Source of the DNA: Octopus sinensis
Lineage: Eukaryota
Assembly (NCBI RefSeq): GCF_006345805.1
Contig: NC_043001.1
Span: forward strand, 6,448,001 to 6,512,000
DNA: 64,000 nt
Direction: 5' to 3'
Part shown: piece by piece, positions 49,176-61,538 of the stretch
Position numbering within the stretch: the first letter of the stretch is position 1
Layout: every line of letters starts with the position of its first letter
Notes under the pieces: model-generated
The model's input: only the letters and a program-made list of their open reading frames with translations
Told to the model about the DNA's origin: nothing
Database searches by the model: none
Position numbers and translations under genes: made by a program

Positions 49176-49191
49176 ATATATATATATATAG

Positions 49192-49364
49192 GGAGAGTTT
49201 GCGAAAAAAAAAAAACAAAAGACGAAGACAGGTGGTGTACAAAACAAACAGATGTATTAGTATAGCGCTCAGGAATAGAAAACGTCTTTTACGTTTCGAG
49301 CCTACGCTTTTCTACAGAAATGGACACAGAAAAAAAACAAGGAGAGAAAAAATGTGTGTAGTGG

Positions 49365-49370
<6 letters not shown>
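49192..49370 (-). mobile_element. H3-related repeat with a degenerate hammerhead (49287-49320)
   Basis: Minus strand: ttt-CTGTAGA-A-AAGC gtag GCTC-GAAACGTA-aaa. Flanked by (TA)n. Confidence 0.6.
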
Positions 49371-49403
<33 letters not shown>

Positions 49404-49806
49404 ATAAATGAAATATAGAGATATGCCATTGACAATCCAACAATTTATTTATATTACAATCCAGCCGTCCTTTCACACGGAATTTCGTCTTTTTCTAAGC
49501 CATGACACTGAAGTGACTCTATTTATAAGGGAATTGTTATTATGAATATCAGAAAAAATAAGTGGCCTTTTATGGTTTTTGTAAGTGTTTATGTTATATA
49601 ATATTATGTTATGTTATATTCAGTATTTAATGTAATATTGTAATATAAATAAATTATTGGATTATCAATAGTATATCTCTATATTTGATTTATCTCTATA
49701 ATTGAATTATGCTAATATTGGTATGGTATCCAACTAACATACCAATGAATTGGATGTTTAACACAACCCTTTGAAGGATTTATTTTCCTCAGTTTGTTAC
49801 TATATA

Positions 49807-49881
<75 letters not shown>

Positions 49882-49917
49882 GGAGAGGGAGAGAGAGCGA
49901 GAAAGAGATAGAGAGAG

Positions 49918-50085
49918 AATTTACAAAAAAACAAAAGACGAAGACGGGTGTGTAAACAGCAAAGAGATGTATTAGTTTAACGCTGGGGAAGGGAGAAAGC
50001 CGTTTACGTTTCGAGTCTACACTCTTCGACCGAAAAGAATACAGAAATAAACAGGGAGAGAAAATTTTAAAAAAGGCTTTTGGAC
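49918..50085 (-). mobile_element. H3-related repeat with a degenerate hammerhead (50002-50036)
   Basis: Minus strand: ttt-CGGTCGA-A-GAGT gtag ACTC-GAAACGTA-aac. The body aligns with 49192-49370. Confidence 0.6.
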
Positions 50086-50250
50086 AAAATAATGGAAACA
50101 CCTAGGATCATAACATCATAATTTACAAACATCTATAAAACCATCAAAAGCTTCTTCATTTTCATGTTTTGATTTATTATTCGTGTTGCTTAATATGTTT
50201 TGCTAAAATTGTTGTTTCTTTTCAGATATCATTAGAAAAAAGTAATTAAA

Positions 50251-50605
50251 ATGACAGATCTATTGGAATTTCAAAGAGGTCAAACAGTTGGTGCTCGTAT
50301 GGCAAGCGCTAGCGTAACCAAAACAGCCGAAATGTTTGGTGTATCAAGAAGTATTCTATCGAAAGTAATGACAGACTTTGAGAAAGTGGGAAAAATCTCC
50401 TAGTCAAAACAAAACTCCGGAAGAAAACCCAAACTTTCAGATAGGGTCCGTTGGACTCTTACGCGAATTCTTAGAAAGGATCACAAAAGTACAGCTCCCA
50501 AATTTACTGCAGGGCTTAATGACCACCTTCGAGAGTCCAGTTTCTTCAAAAACTGTTCACCGGTAGCTGCACAAAGCCGGATTTCACGGAAGGACTGGAA
50601 TCAGA
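50251..50605 (+). pseudogene. Tc1-like transposase N-terminal fragment
   Basis: MTDLLEFQRGQTVGARMASASVTKTAEMFGVSRS...SGRKPKLSDR...TVHR*LHKAGFHGR, a paired-like HTH region with stops and a frameshift. Confidence 0.8.
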
Positions 50606-50930
50606 AGATGTTTTGGAGGACTATATTGTTGACGATTGCGATTTTGTAAAACGTTTTCATCCACCAGATTTCCCATTTTGGGGCTTTTCGTTGGTATTTG
50701 TAGGTCTGCGGTGGTAGTGTGAAAAATGTTGGTTAATCCTTCATTGTGAGCATTGGTAAATGGAATATTATGCTCTTTAATTCTTTGTTTGTTTGGTGTC
50801 CTCAGTTGTGTGCTATCCAGCTTCACTGCATTTATAATTCTATCATTTATTAACTTTAGTGGGAACCCACAAAAAAATGATTAATGATCTACGATTCGGT
50901 GAAACTGGTGGGATATTCTAATAAATTTCA
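50606..50930 (-). pseudogene. Possible Penelope-like ORF fragment (post-RT linker)
   Basis: GFPLKLINDRIINAVKLD...NIPF resembles the GYP..LI...I..A...IPF pattern of PLE proteins. Similarity is weak and judged by eye. Confidence 0.35.
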
Positions 50931-51399
50931 CCGCCTAATCCTTCTGATTGGCAAAACCTTATCAAAGTAGGCAGACACATGCATTACTATGGTAATGTAG
51001 AAATGTTCCAACGTGTGGGAAATAAAGCTCCGTATCTTCATAGTCCTCTTGAAAGCTTAGCTATGAGAGGTTACCGCTGCAATTTCATGTAGGATCAGTC
51101 ATGATACCAACACTATAGGCAGTGTCGAACTGGCTAGGTTGCTAGCTTGCCCGATGGCAAGTGGGCCCCTGCGCCATTAGAATCAATATATAAGGGCCCA
51201 TGTTAGTATCTAAGGGGCCCATGCTCTCAAGTTTGAGAATCTTTTATTCACTCCTGGAAGAATGCATTAATTATTTCAGTCTACCTGTGTCTGTAGACTG
51301 TTAAAGAGAATACTTTTAAGAAAAAATACAAAGAAATTAAATGATTGCATTGTAGTTGCGGGTGGGCCCCCTTGTATTTGTGGGTGAACAGGTAGAGTC

Positions 51400-51720
51400 T
51401 CCTGGTGACCAATATTTTTTGACCCAGTCCGCCAATGATAATCGCACTGCTGTTAAGTCACACAGAACTCTAACTCCTCATAAAATCATATGATGTTCTT
51501 CCATACAATGCAGATTCTCAAGTCCTCAGCAAATGCAATTTGTGCGGTTACTGGGCGATTAAATCTAAATACGACATATCACTCGGAACAATCATTGTTG
51601 GAGAGTGTACATTTTGTCACGCTCCACTCATAAAACTCCACTCGTTGTTCAGGATTATATTCAGCGAGATTATGGACTGTTCTTTGAATGGAGCATTTTC
51701 AACGACGTCATCAAAACGTG
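51400..51720 (-). pseudogene. Degenerate Tc1/mariner transposase (first catalytic block)
   Basis: Frameshifted IQRTVHNLAEYNPEQRVEFYEW...NRTNCIC*GLENLH..EEHH...GVRVLC. Confidence 0.55.
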
Positions 51721-53350
51721 ATCGACTCGTTTGCTATCCAGATTTTCTGAACTCTAGAAATATAATTGTAGTACTTTTTCTTCTTTCCTGGAACCAATCG
51801 AGACGGGCAATTTTTTAAAATATGTCTTGTAGACATTCGCAACTCTCCCGTTTCCTTCAAACTTTTATCTTATTGCAATGTTAGTAGGTAGCCCGGGTTG
51901 ATGCATTTGAAACCCCTTTCTCAAATACCTATTCATTTCGAGTGAGCTGTCAAACTTTCAGTAGAATTATAAAATAAGTGACCTTACTAGAAAGATTCAT
52001 GTGGCTCCGTTCCTTATTTGTAGAGGGTTAAATTTTTTAAAAACTTGAAATTGAGTGAGTAATCAGCTGTTTATGTATGTATATATTTTTGGTGGACACA
52101 GTAGAAATGTTTGTTGATACATACATACATACGTAAAGACACACACATGCACATACATATTCGCATGATATATGCTTGTTTTTATATTTCGTTGCAATAA
52201 AACCAAGTTTACATTCATCTAAGGAATTATATCTATGTATGTGTGTGTGTGTTTATACATTTGTGTGTGCACATGCGCAGTAACGCACGTGTATTCAAAT
52301 ATCATTGTGTTACTCAGTCTATATCAACACAAAGAAAATAGGTTGCATATCGATATATTAAAATATATGCAAATATATGCTTTATAGTTTCGTGTAAGAT
52401 CCATTCGCCATTTTATATGAATATGCTTAACTCGGTCTTATGTACGTTTATCTTTATGTTATTTACTTCGTTATAAAAATTCCCGAATGAACTGCATATT
52501 CATAGCAAAGCACATCTAGGAAGAAATATTAGAGATATCTTCTGAGCTATAAAATGAATATCTGCATGATATACTTCTTAAGAAATATCACAACACTAAA
52601 TTATTTTCTATACCCACAAGTATTAAAATTTACCAATACGTGTTAATATTAAAAAAAAAAATGTGTCCTAGTTACAGGTAGCAAGATTCCTCGATCATAG
52701 GTGGGTCATTGCAAAATTGTCAGGATGAATAGGAATACGAAATCGCATTCCTTTGCTCGTATTACCAAATATTGATATTTGCTGATAATGGAGACGCGAT
52801 CTGCTTTAGAGGGAAAATGTGAATTCTAGTAAAAATATGCAAAGGCAACCTGGATTAAATATAGCATAAATTATCAACGTACATAAATATCTATAATTAA
52901 CCTGTTGCATATTTTGTAATCGGATATTTTTTGCTTGATAATATCTCTAGTTTATATATTTTTGTGAATAATATGTGATATTATTAGAGTATTTTAATTC
53001 CTGGATGTTCTCATTTTAAACGCGATCAAGAAGAAATTATTTGCATAAAATTTTCTCCTTATTTTTACATGTAAAAATCTGTTATTGACTTGGATATTTT
53101 ATATTCCTCACATGATCATAGAGCAAACGGTAACCAAACAAAAACAAAAAAAAAAGCAAAAATGGGAAGGAAAAAGACTAACAAATATTCCGTGCTAAAT
53201 AATTATCGAAAGAAATTATAGTTTCCTAAAATAACAGGGTGAAACTCTATAATTTTGAAAATATTGGAGTCATAAAAACGGTAGCCAGTGTCATCTTTGA
53301 ATAATTCCATGATTTAATGATTACTTTAAATCTAATGAAACTGTTATCCC

Positions 53351-53399
<49 letters not shown>

Positions 53400-53766
53400 T
53401 CCCCACACGTTTCCTTTATCCCTTATTGCTTCTACGCTACTTTTTTTCTAATATGAATAGATTCTCTTTATTCTCTTTCTTGTTTATCATCTTGCTCGTC
53501 TTCTGGTTATAATCATTCTCTGTCTTCTGTTTTGAAAATTTTCTTTCAATTTCATCTTATTTTATTATTATGTTATTTCTGTTTCTAAATTTCATACGAA
53601 TCCCCATATGTAGGGATTGAATTCTCGCTGACTGTGTCAGCACCTCACATTACACGTCTAATTCTTGTTAGCAACATTGTTATAACGCGCAGCTAATTCG
53701 ACTTCGTATAGATAATACTCACGTTAAAATAACAAGCGCATGATGTGTTATAATATTGTTGTTGAT

Positions 53767-54120
53767 AAGGCAGCGAGCTGGCAGAAACGTTAGCACGCTG
53801 GGCGAAATGCTTAGCAATATTTCGTCTGCCGCTGCGTTCTGAGTTCAAATTCCGCCGAGCTCGACTTTGCCTTTCATCCTCTCGGGGTCGATTAAATAGG
53901 TACCAGTTACGCACTGGGGTCGATATAATGGACTTAACCTGTTTGTCTGTCCTTGTTTGTCCTCTCTGTGTTTAGCCCCTTGTTGTTATTAAAGAAATAG
54001 GTATTTCGTCTGCCTTTACGTTCTGATTTCATATTCCGCCGGGTTCGACTTTGCCTTTTATAAATTAAGTACAATTTACATACTGGGGTCGATGTAATCA
54101 ACTTAGCCCCTCCCACTAAT
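53767..54120 (+). mobile_element. S2 SINE (partially dimeric)
   Basis: aaggcagcgagctggcagaaacgttagcac...gttctgagttcaaattccgccgag..., with a second partial unit from about 54000. Confidence 0.88.
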
Positions 54121-54147
54121 GTCAGATCTTGTTACTATCATTCTTTT

Positions 54148-54665
54148 TGAGTGTGAGAGCAGTGCATGCGATCAAAGGGTAAGATATACGAAGCCCAGTA
54201 TATCGATCGTGACTACCCATCATATAAGTGTACACCAGGCACATGCATCGCAATCATATGGGCGTGACACGGTGATCTCATATCAAGATAAACAGCGCTT
54301 GACTTTGCAGTTGAGGCAAGTTAAAATTGTTGTTGATAAGGTGGGTAGCTGGCAGAAACGTTAGCACGTTAAAATTTTCTTCAGGTCGAGTAACCCATCC
54401 CACTCAAATGCTCTTTCAATTAGGGTTGTTTAAAGATTTTGAACGAAACAACCATGATTCCAGAGGGGAATTTATTCAAGCTTCATAGAAATCCTCTCTA
54501 TACATGACTATGATGCTCCCCTACTACTTCTACTTGTGAACAGAGATGCACATATCGTCTGCCACTATGGGCCATATGCTCAACTGTTTAAGGTCAAATA
54601 ATACACAAGGAAATCTGTGGTATTGCGCAGAATATTTGCTGTAGCCTATCTTTTATACCAATCAT
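54148..54665 (-). mobile_element. Non-coding repeat of about 550 bp (TAA-associated family), interrupted by an S2 head fragment
   Basis: Reverse complement of 57931-58530 (gagcagtgcatgc, gatctcatatcaag, gcagaatatttgctg). Confidence 0.75.
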
Positions 54666-55430
54666 TATATCTTTTTATCACAGGTATTTAAAGCTCCTGG
54701 AGTCTTCCATGCGTAGTGGAATTACTACCTGCAGCCTATGGTAACACGTTATCCGTTATTTTCCGCTATCTAATACTTTCCTGATTATTATGGCCGTGCC
54801 AAAAAGGTAGAAGTTGGATGGATGTTAAAGATTTATACGTGGTAGATAGACATGTTATGATCCGATAGTTTGGAGGATAATTATTTTTATTATTCATGGG
54901 GAATAGGTAAGTAATATCTCTTGCTAATCAATCAGATATTTTCATAAGGGTTCCCATAGCCTTATTGAATGACCGTTCTAACTTATTCTATGTGCACACG
55001 GTAGCGATGTGAGTCAGACATTGGCACCCTAACATTACTAGGGGATTTCTACTTATGAGATTTATGCGATTCCTACTTATGAGCTTATATAAATTCTCCC
55101 ATTTCCTTAGCTTCGTTGTGGAGCTTTCTTTTATTATCAGTCCGTGAAGTAATGGGTGAAAGAGTTGTCACATATCATTATCATTATGCTCGTTCAATCA
55201 GCGAAGATGTACAGAAGACTGTACAGCATATCGCAGCATATTATACAGAATATGCAGCATATTGTGATGGATTTTAAATGGACGTGCCGTCTCTCAAAGC
55301 GTCCATGTGATCAAATATATATATATATATATATATATAGATATATGTATATATATATATAAATGTGCACGCGCACGTGTGTAGGTTAATATGGGCATAT
55401 GCATATCTATATGTACGTGAGTGTGCGTGC

Positions 55431-55483
<53 letters not shown>

Positions 55484-56696
55484 GTGTGTGTGTGTGTGCT
55501 TGTCTGTGTAAGAGTGTATGTGTATAACTGTAAAAACCACACGAATACCTTTATAAATATATGCGGCAATTACGAATGAAACAAAAAAAAATGATACATG
55601 AAGCCATACGTGTGAAAACATGCAGCTTAATGGACATTGAAATATATAGCTAAAATGCAACAATCGACATTTTCCTCATATTCAAATTGCTACAGGTTCA
55701 CTTCAGTTCAACTGAATAAATATTTATTTCGTTTGTTGCATCATCTTTTGCAATGCAAACTGTAACAAACTATTTTTTTCTTTACTGCCACAACGCCATT
55801 CTCCCTACTGTTTCTTTAACAAAGGCTCTCTCTATATTCCGAACAGTTTACTTTACAATGAATGCATCGCATTATTCATGATTTGTGTTATGACACAACT
55901 TCACGTACAATACATTTCTCTTTCTCAAATACATAGAAACATTTCAACCACTGAAAAAAAAAGCTTTTAAACTTTACAAGGATTCTCATTATTTATATAT
56001 TTATTTTGAAGCATATTGTGAAATATACTGTCTTAAAATGTCATAAATATCTCAATTGCCCTTTAAAATATACATGTCATTCCCTGCCATATATTCTATT
56101 CTTTTCAAAATTTTGTAAAATTACCAAACATTACAATAATATTAAGACATTTTATTCATGAATTTACAAGTATTGTGACATCAAATTACTTCCTATTTAC
56201 GTGTTAATTCCAGTATTCCGACACCAAATACTGTCTAACATTATATAAAGTGCAGTATCATTATCATACATTATCGTCTAAAGCATTATTACTTTTTTGG
56301 GCCCTTATTAATTAGAAGACTGGCTATACGATTTCCATGGATTATAATTCATGGTGATCTTAACAAACCACCAACAGGACACCGATCTGTTCCCGGGTTC
56401 AACATCAGTAATTTTCAAGGGAGTAGAAAAGACTATTACGTCGAGCGCAGAGTTTGATCGGCACTTAATTTTATAAACCCACCCGAAATGGATGAAATGC
56501 CAATTATGCCTCAGAGCTGAAGAAATGCTGTTAAGCAATTTTTTTTCTACACGCTAATGGTGCTTCCAGCTCGCCTCCTTCAACCATTATTGCATAATAT
56601 CCCAATCTGTGAGATATTGAGAGAATATATAAGTGAAGACATTTTCATGCATTGTTTTTCGTGGGGAACACTGCTTTATGTCATTTTTACATCATA

Positions 56697-56975
56697 AGCG
56701 CAGGCGAGACAGTGTGGTAAGGAGTTAGTTTGCAGCCACATTGTTCCTGATTCAATCCCACTGCGTGGCACCCTTTCTTGGTTTCTTCTATGAAGCAATG
56801 GGCCTTCAAAACACTGAGTGGTTTGACACACGTAAACTTAAAGAAACCCGTCGTGTATATGATTGTGTGTATGTTTGTGTTTTTGTCCGTCACTACCACT
56901 TGAAGACATGTGCCGGTTTGTTTACGTCCATGTAACCTAGCGGTTGAGTGAAAAAGGTTTCCACAATAAGTATCA
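56697..56975 (+). mobile_element. S1 SINE, degenerate
   Basis: agcgcaggcgagacagtgtggtaagg...attcaatcccactgcgtggcaccc. Confidence 0.7.
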
Positions 56976-57029
56976 GGCTAACGATTAAAAGATGACCCAT
57001 TCTACTAAAGACACAAGGACAGAATTTCG

Positions 57030-57222
57030 GGGGATGCGGGCCAGTCGATTACATCGAACCCCAGTGTTTCACTGGTACTGAATTTATCGACCCCGAAAGG
57101 ATAAAAAGTAAAGTCGATCTCGGCGGAATTTGAACTCAGGTGAGTTCAAACGAAGGGTGAAATACTGCCAAGTAATTCTTCCAGCGTTCTTCTGATTCTT
57201 CCAGCTCGCTGCCTTTAACCTT
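57030..57222 (-). mobile_element. S2 SINE
   Basis: gtcgattacatcgaaccccagtg...ggcggaatttgaactcag...ccagctcgctgcctt. Confidence 0.75.
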
Positions 57223-57894
57223 AAAACGTAATGACTGGGATCAAAGCATTCGATTAAAATTTCTTCAAAGATTTGCTCTAGCATGGCCGCAGTCTAATGA
57301 CTGCAACATGTAAAAGTGGAAGATAAAGGAGATTGCAAGTGCATGACATTTGTTTTGATTGTGCATCTGCTATAAATTAACGGATATTGTCACCAATGTC
57401 TGCTAATGAATTCTATAATTCGTCAATTAAATTTTACTAAGTCACTCAAACAAAAAACTAGCAAAATGTTGAAATTATTAATTTGATATTCAATTTTAGT
57501 GACACTATCAGAATTAGTTTTCTTTTAAAGCATTTCAATTCCTTTGAACAGGGTTTGTTTAGTTTCTTTTATTTTCTTCAAACAAGAAACGATATTCAAT
57601 GAAAGTGACATGTTTCATTCAACGCTCTCACTTCCAAGAAAAAATAACGATATTTTGCTTCGTTATTAATATTATTGAGTATCTTACAGATCATTCAGTT
57701 TTCACATTTTGCAAGAACTATTGTACTTAAAAATTACTTTCTTCTCATCGCTATATCTAACAGCTAAGATGTTTACCATCTACTATAATTATCATTAATA
57801 CTGAACGTATTCTAAACATAAAGCTCCTATGTAGTTACTACAACAGCAACAACAACTACTACTACTACTAGTACTACTACTACTATTAATAATA

Positions 57895-57930
<36 letters not shown>

Positions 57931-57932
<2 letters not shown>

Positions 57933-58530
57933 CCCTGATGCAGTACCAGGCAGTGGTTCTCATCGCTTCTGATCTTAACTGATTGGAAATGTTATCATGA
58001 ACATTGTTTTGTCTTCGTGTAAAAGATGGGCTTCAGCAAATATTCTGCTCAAAACCTCAGATTTGCTCGTCGCTTGTTTGACATTAACCAGTTAAGCATG
58101 TCCCTTAAGGGCTGACGATATGTTCATCACTGATCACAAGCAGAACTAGTAGGGGTTCATCATAGCCATATGTTGGGATGAATTATTTGGAGTTGGAATA
58201 ATTCATTCTGGAAATATGGGTGTTTCGTTCAACATCCTTAAACAACCCTCATTCAGGGAACTTTTGAGCAAATATTCTGCTCAATACCATAGATTCCTTA
58301 GTCACAAACCTTTTGAGCGGGATGAGCTACTCCACCTGAAGAAAATTGGGTCCCACCTTCAAGGTCATGTGCTGTTAATCTTGATATGAGATCACCATGT
58401 CGCGCACATATGGTTGTGATGGATGTGCCTGATGTACACTTGTCAGATGGGTGTCACCCCAGTGTCACTTTGATGGGTGTTACCCCAGTGTCACTTTGAT
58501 GGCATGCACTGCTCTTCCACTCAATAATAA
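57931..58530 (+). mobile_element. Non-coding repeat of about 600 bp embedded in (TAA)n
   Basis: (TAA)n-tgccctgatgcagtaccaggcagtgg...ggcatgcactgctcttccactc-aataataat. A second copy lies at 54148-54665. Confidence 0.75.
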
Positions 58531-58586
58531 TATCTCTTCGAACCATCACGTATTTATGATTATCTCAAGAAGAAGAAGAACAAGAA

Positions 58587-58618
<32 letters not shown>

Positions 58619-58689
58619 AGAAGAAAAAAAGCTATAAAACAAATGAAATCCAAACTAAAATTAGAACAGTAACGGATCGTGATAAAAAT

Positions 58690-59460
58690 CCCAGCAGTGG
58701 TTGAGAAGCTCAGGACTCAAAGCAGAGACAGAGGGATTTATAATTGCAGCACAAGACCAAAAATATGTAATGAAAAGAAACATAACAAGGAACTGCAGAA
58801 TATGTGGAGATGAACAAGAAACAATTAATCTTATTATCTCTGGCTGCCAAGTCCTGGCTTAGAAGGAATTTATCCACAGACACGACAGAGTTGGGACCTA
58901 CATACACTGGAAGCTATGCCAACACTATGGAATAACAACAGAAAAAAGATGGTATAAGCAAACGCGAGAAAAGGTCACAAGAAACGCGAAAGCAACCATA
59001 CTCTGGGATATGCCGATACACACAGATAGAGAAATTAAGGCCAACAGACCAGATATAGTTGTCAGAGATCAGGAGGGAAAAAAAAGCTTTCTAATTGATG
59101 TTTCAATACCAGCAGATGACAACGTGTCTCTAATAGAAATAGAGAAACTTTCGAAATACAAACACCTGGGAATAGAGGTAACCAGAAAGTGGAATCTAAA
59201 AACAGAAACAATTCCTATCATAGTGGGCGCATTAGGTAATATAAAAAATATTCAGACAAATACACAACAAAAACACCAGCACTTACAACTATATACAATA
59301 TACAGGAAATCGCACTATTGGGCACTGCACACATCCTACGCAAAACACTTTCATTACAGTAACCATCAGAGCATCACAGCAAACCACAACATATAGCTAA
59401 GGCACACAGAGCTGCGCTCGGTAGGGAAGTGGAAGCACGTTATAAAATAAAACTACTGAG
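58690..59460 (+). pseudogene. R4/Dong-like non-LTR retrotransposon 3' end (zinc knuckle and restriction-like endonuclease)
   Basis: In one frame from 58698: WLRSSGLKAETEGFIIAAQDQ..CRICGDEQETINLIISGC..*..RHDRVG.YIHW..ILWDMPIHTDREIKANRPDIV..LIDVSIP..EKLSKY..IIVGALG. Followed by (TAG)n(TAA)n. Confidence 0.85.
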
Positions 59461-59471
59461 TAGTAGTAGTA

Positions 59472-59473
<2 letters not shown>

Positions 59474-59522
<49 letters not shown>

Positions 59523-59660
59523 TTTTTGGAATGCGAACCCAGGTTCGAAATTACTCCAAGACACCTGATGAAGGCTGGAGGGTATATCAGCCGAAGCGTT
59601 GTGTTAACAACAAACAAGATGAGGACAAATATTCGTCAAATGTAAATAATGTAAATAATG
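59474..59660 (+). mobile_element. Family H1 copy D (headless); motif at 59560-59605
   Basis: (TAA)n, then gacac-CTGATGA-A-GGCTG..CAGCC-GAAGCGTT-GTGTT (A15.1G). Confidence 0.8.
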
Positions 59661-59874
59661 TATATATGTTTCGCCTGTATATATGTTTCACAACAGCGTG
59701 AAAATCGCGTCGCGACTTTCTTTCTCAATTGCAGGTTTCATAGCATAGGAATACCACGTACAAAACTAATTAAACATTTATTTTCTCATTCATTCAATAT
59801 CAAGCTTCGTATACACAAAAACACATACACACACATACACCCATACGCAACCATGAATATTTGTATTGGTCTTT

Positions 59875-60130
59875 TGTGCTTAAGTGTTTCAGTGACTGGA
59901 CCACCGCCATGCTGCAGCAGAGTCTTGAGGGATTTTTTATTAAACAAACGGAGGCAAGTATTTACTTTTCGAGACTGACACATATTCTCTCTTGCCAAAC
60001 TTTTGGGACACGGTAACGTGAACAAGTCAACGACTGTTGTCAAGCGGTAGATTGAGACAAATACAAAGACACACGCACACACACACACAAAGAAACACAT
60101 ACACAAACAGGTATGATGAAATTCTTTTAA
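59875..60130 (-). mobile_element. S1 SINE, degenerate 3' half
   Basis: gtttcagtgactggaccaccgccatgctgcagc...gttgtcaagcggt. Confidence 0.6.
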
Positions 60131-60332
60131 TTTCCCTCAACCAACACCATTCACAAGATATTGTTCGGCCTCTGGCTTTACCAATGGCACTTGCTCAATG
60201 TACCGTGCCGTGAAAACAAGTGTATTTCCCCGCAAGAAAGACTATAGGAGAGTTGGGTTTGAGGATTGAGAATGGGACGAGATTCTTAAAAGGAGTTATA
60301 ATTTCTAAATCTGGAAACAAACTTTATTTGTA

Positions 60333-60421
60333 CCACGGGCATTTTTCGTAGTGTTTAACAGCGCGGGCTACTAAACCCAAGATTCTGAGTTCGATTCCAG
60401 GCAATGATGTGAATGATGATG

Positions 60422-60482
<61 letters not shown>

Positions 60483-60640
60483 CAACAACAACAACAACAT
60501 CGAAAAATACATTAGGAATGAGAACCCAGGTTTGAAATTTCCCTAAGACACCTGATGAAGGCTGGAGGGTTACATCAGAGGACAAAAATCCGTCAAACGT
60601 AAATAATGTACATAATTCTTCATCTCTTAGATATAAAGCT
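60333..60640 (+). mobile_element. Family H1 copy E: tRNA-like head, microsatellite and body; hammerhead 3' half deleted
   Basis: ccacgggcat..cgtagtgtttaacagcgcgggctactaaacccaagattctgagttcgattccaggc, then (GAT/AAT/AAC)n, then gacacCTGATGAaggctggagggttacatcag joined directly to the tail. Confidence 0.8.
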
Positions 60641-61094
60641 GTAAATTTATTAAAGTGCTAAACAGCTTTCGAAAACTTTCTACTGCTCAATGGTAAATAA
60701 AAAGAGGCTACCAGAAATGGAAAATATATGCAAAACTCTGGAAAAACATACTGATAAAATAATTAAATATTCATAGAAATTCTAATATTCAGTAAATTCC
60801 ACAGAGAGAGAACTAAGTTCAAATATTCGATGTAATGTAAACAGTGAGGCACGAGTGAAAGTTTCATGGGGTTTTGTCAAGAATTAGATGTTTATTTACG
60901 GATCTTTCCCCAGTTTTGGTGTATAGATTCTATTTCTTCTGGACCGTTATTCCTCAGAGTGGAATTCCTTTGACGTCTGGAATTCCTGCCACATCAGCCT
61001 CATTTGGGAACATAAATTAAGCAGTTCTAAATTTGATTATAAAATATTGCTAAAACCCAAACTTCTTCATTTATTTGAATATCGTTTCTGTTTT

Positions 61095-61500
61095 GTTTCT
61101 TTCAGTCATCAGACTGTAGCCATGCTGGAGCACCACCTTGAAAAATTTTAGTCAAATAGGTCGACCCCTGTTTTTTTTGTGTGGTGGGTGTACTTTTTGT
61201 ATGATCTCTTTTTCCGAAACTCTAGGTTTCGAAGTCATAAAATCGCAAAGACCTGCAGTCAAGCAGTGGCGAGGTACAACCACAAAGACAACCCCCATAC
61301 ACGCACCCGCACACATATAAACACACACATACACACACACATGCAGGCATGAGCACACACAGACGCAAAAGACGGGCTTTGTTCAGTTTCTCTCTATCAA
61401 ATCTATTCACAAGGCTTTGGTCGAGGCTACAGTACAAGGCATTTATTTACGGAGTCATGCAGAATCATGTGGTAGGGCAGCAAGCTTCCCACCACACAGT
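61095..61500 (-). mobile_element. S1 SINE, degenerate
   Basis: tttcagtcatcagactgtagccatgctggagcaccacc...agcttcccaccacacag. Confidence 0.75.
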
Positions 61501-61538
61501 CACGCATATCATTGAGATGGAAATAAAAGAGATATCAC

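Noticed and set aside
61100-61115. Minus-strand CTGATGA followed by GAAAC
   Set aside because: It is a mutated S1 SINE tail (caaatgactgaaac), not a ribozyme.
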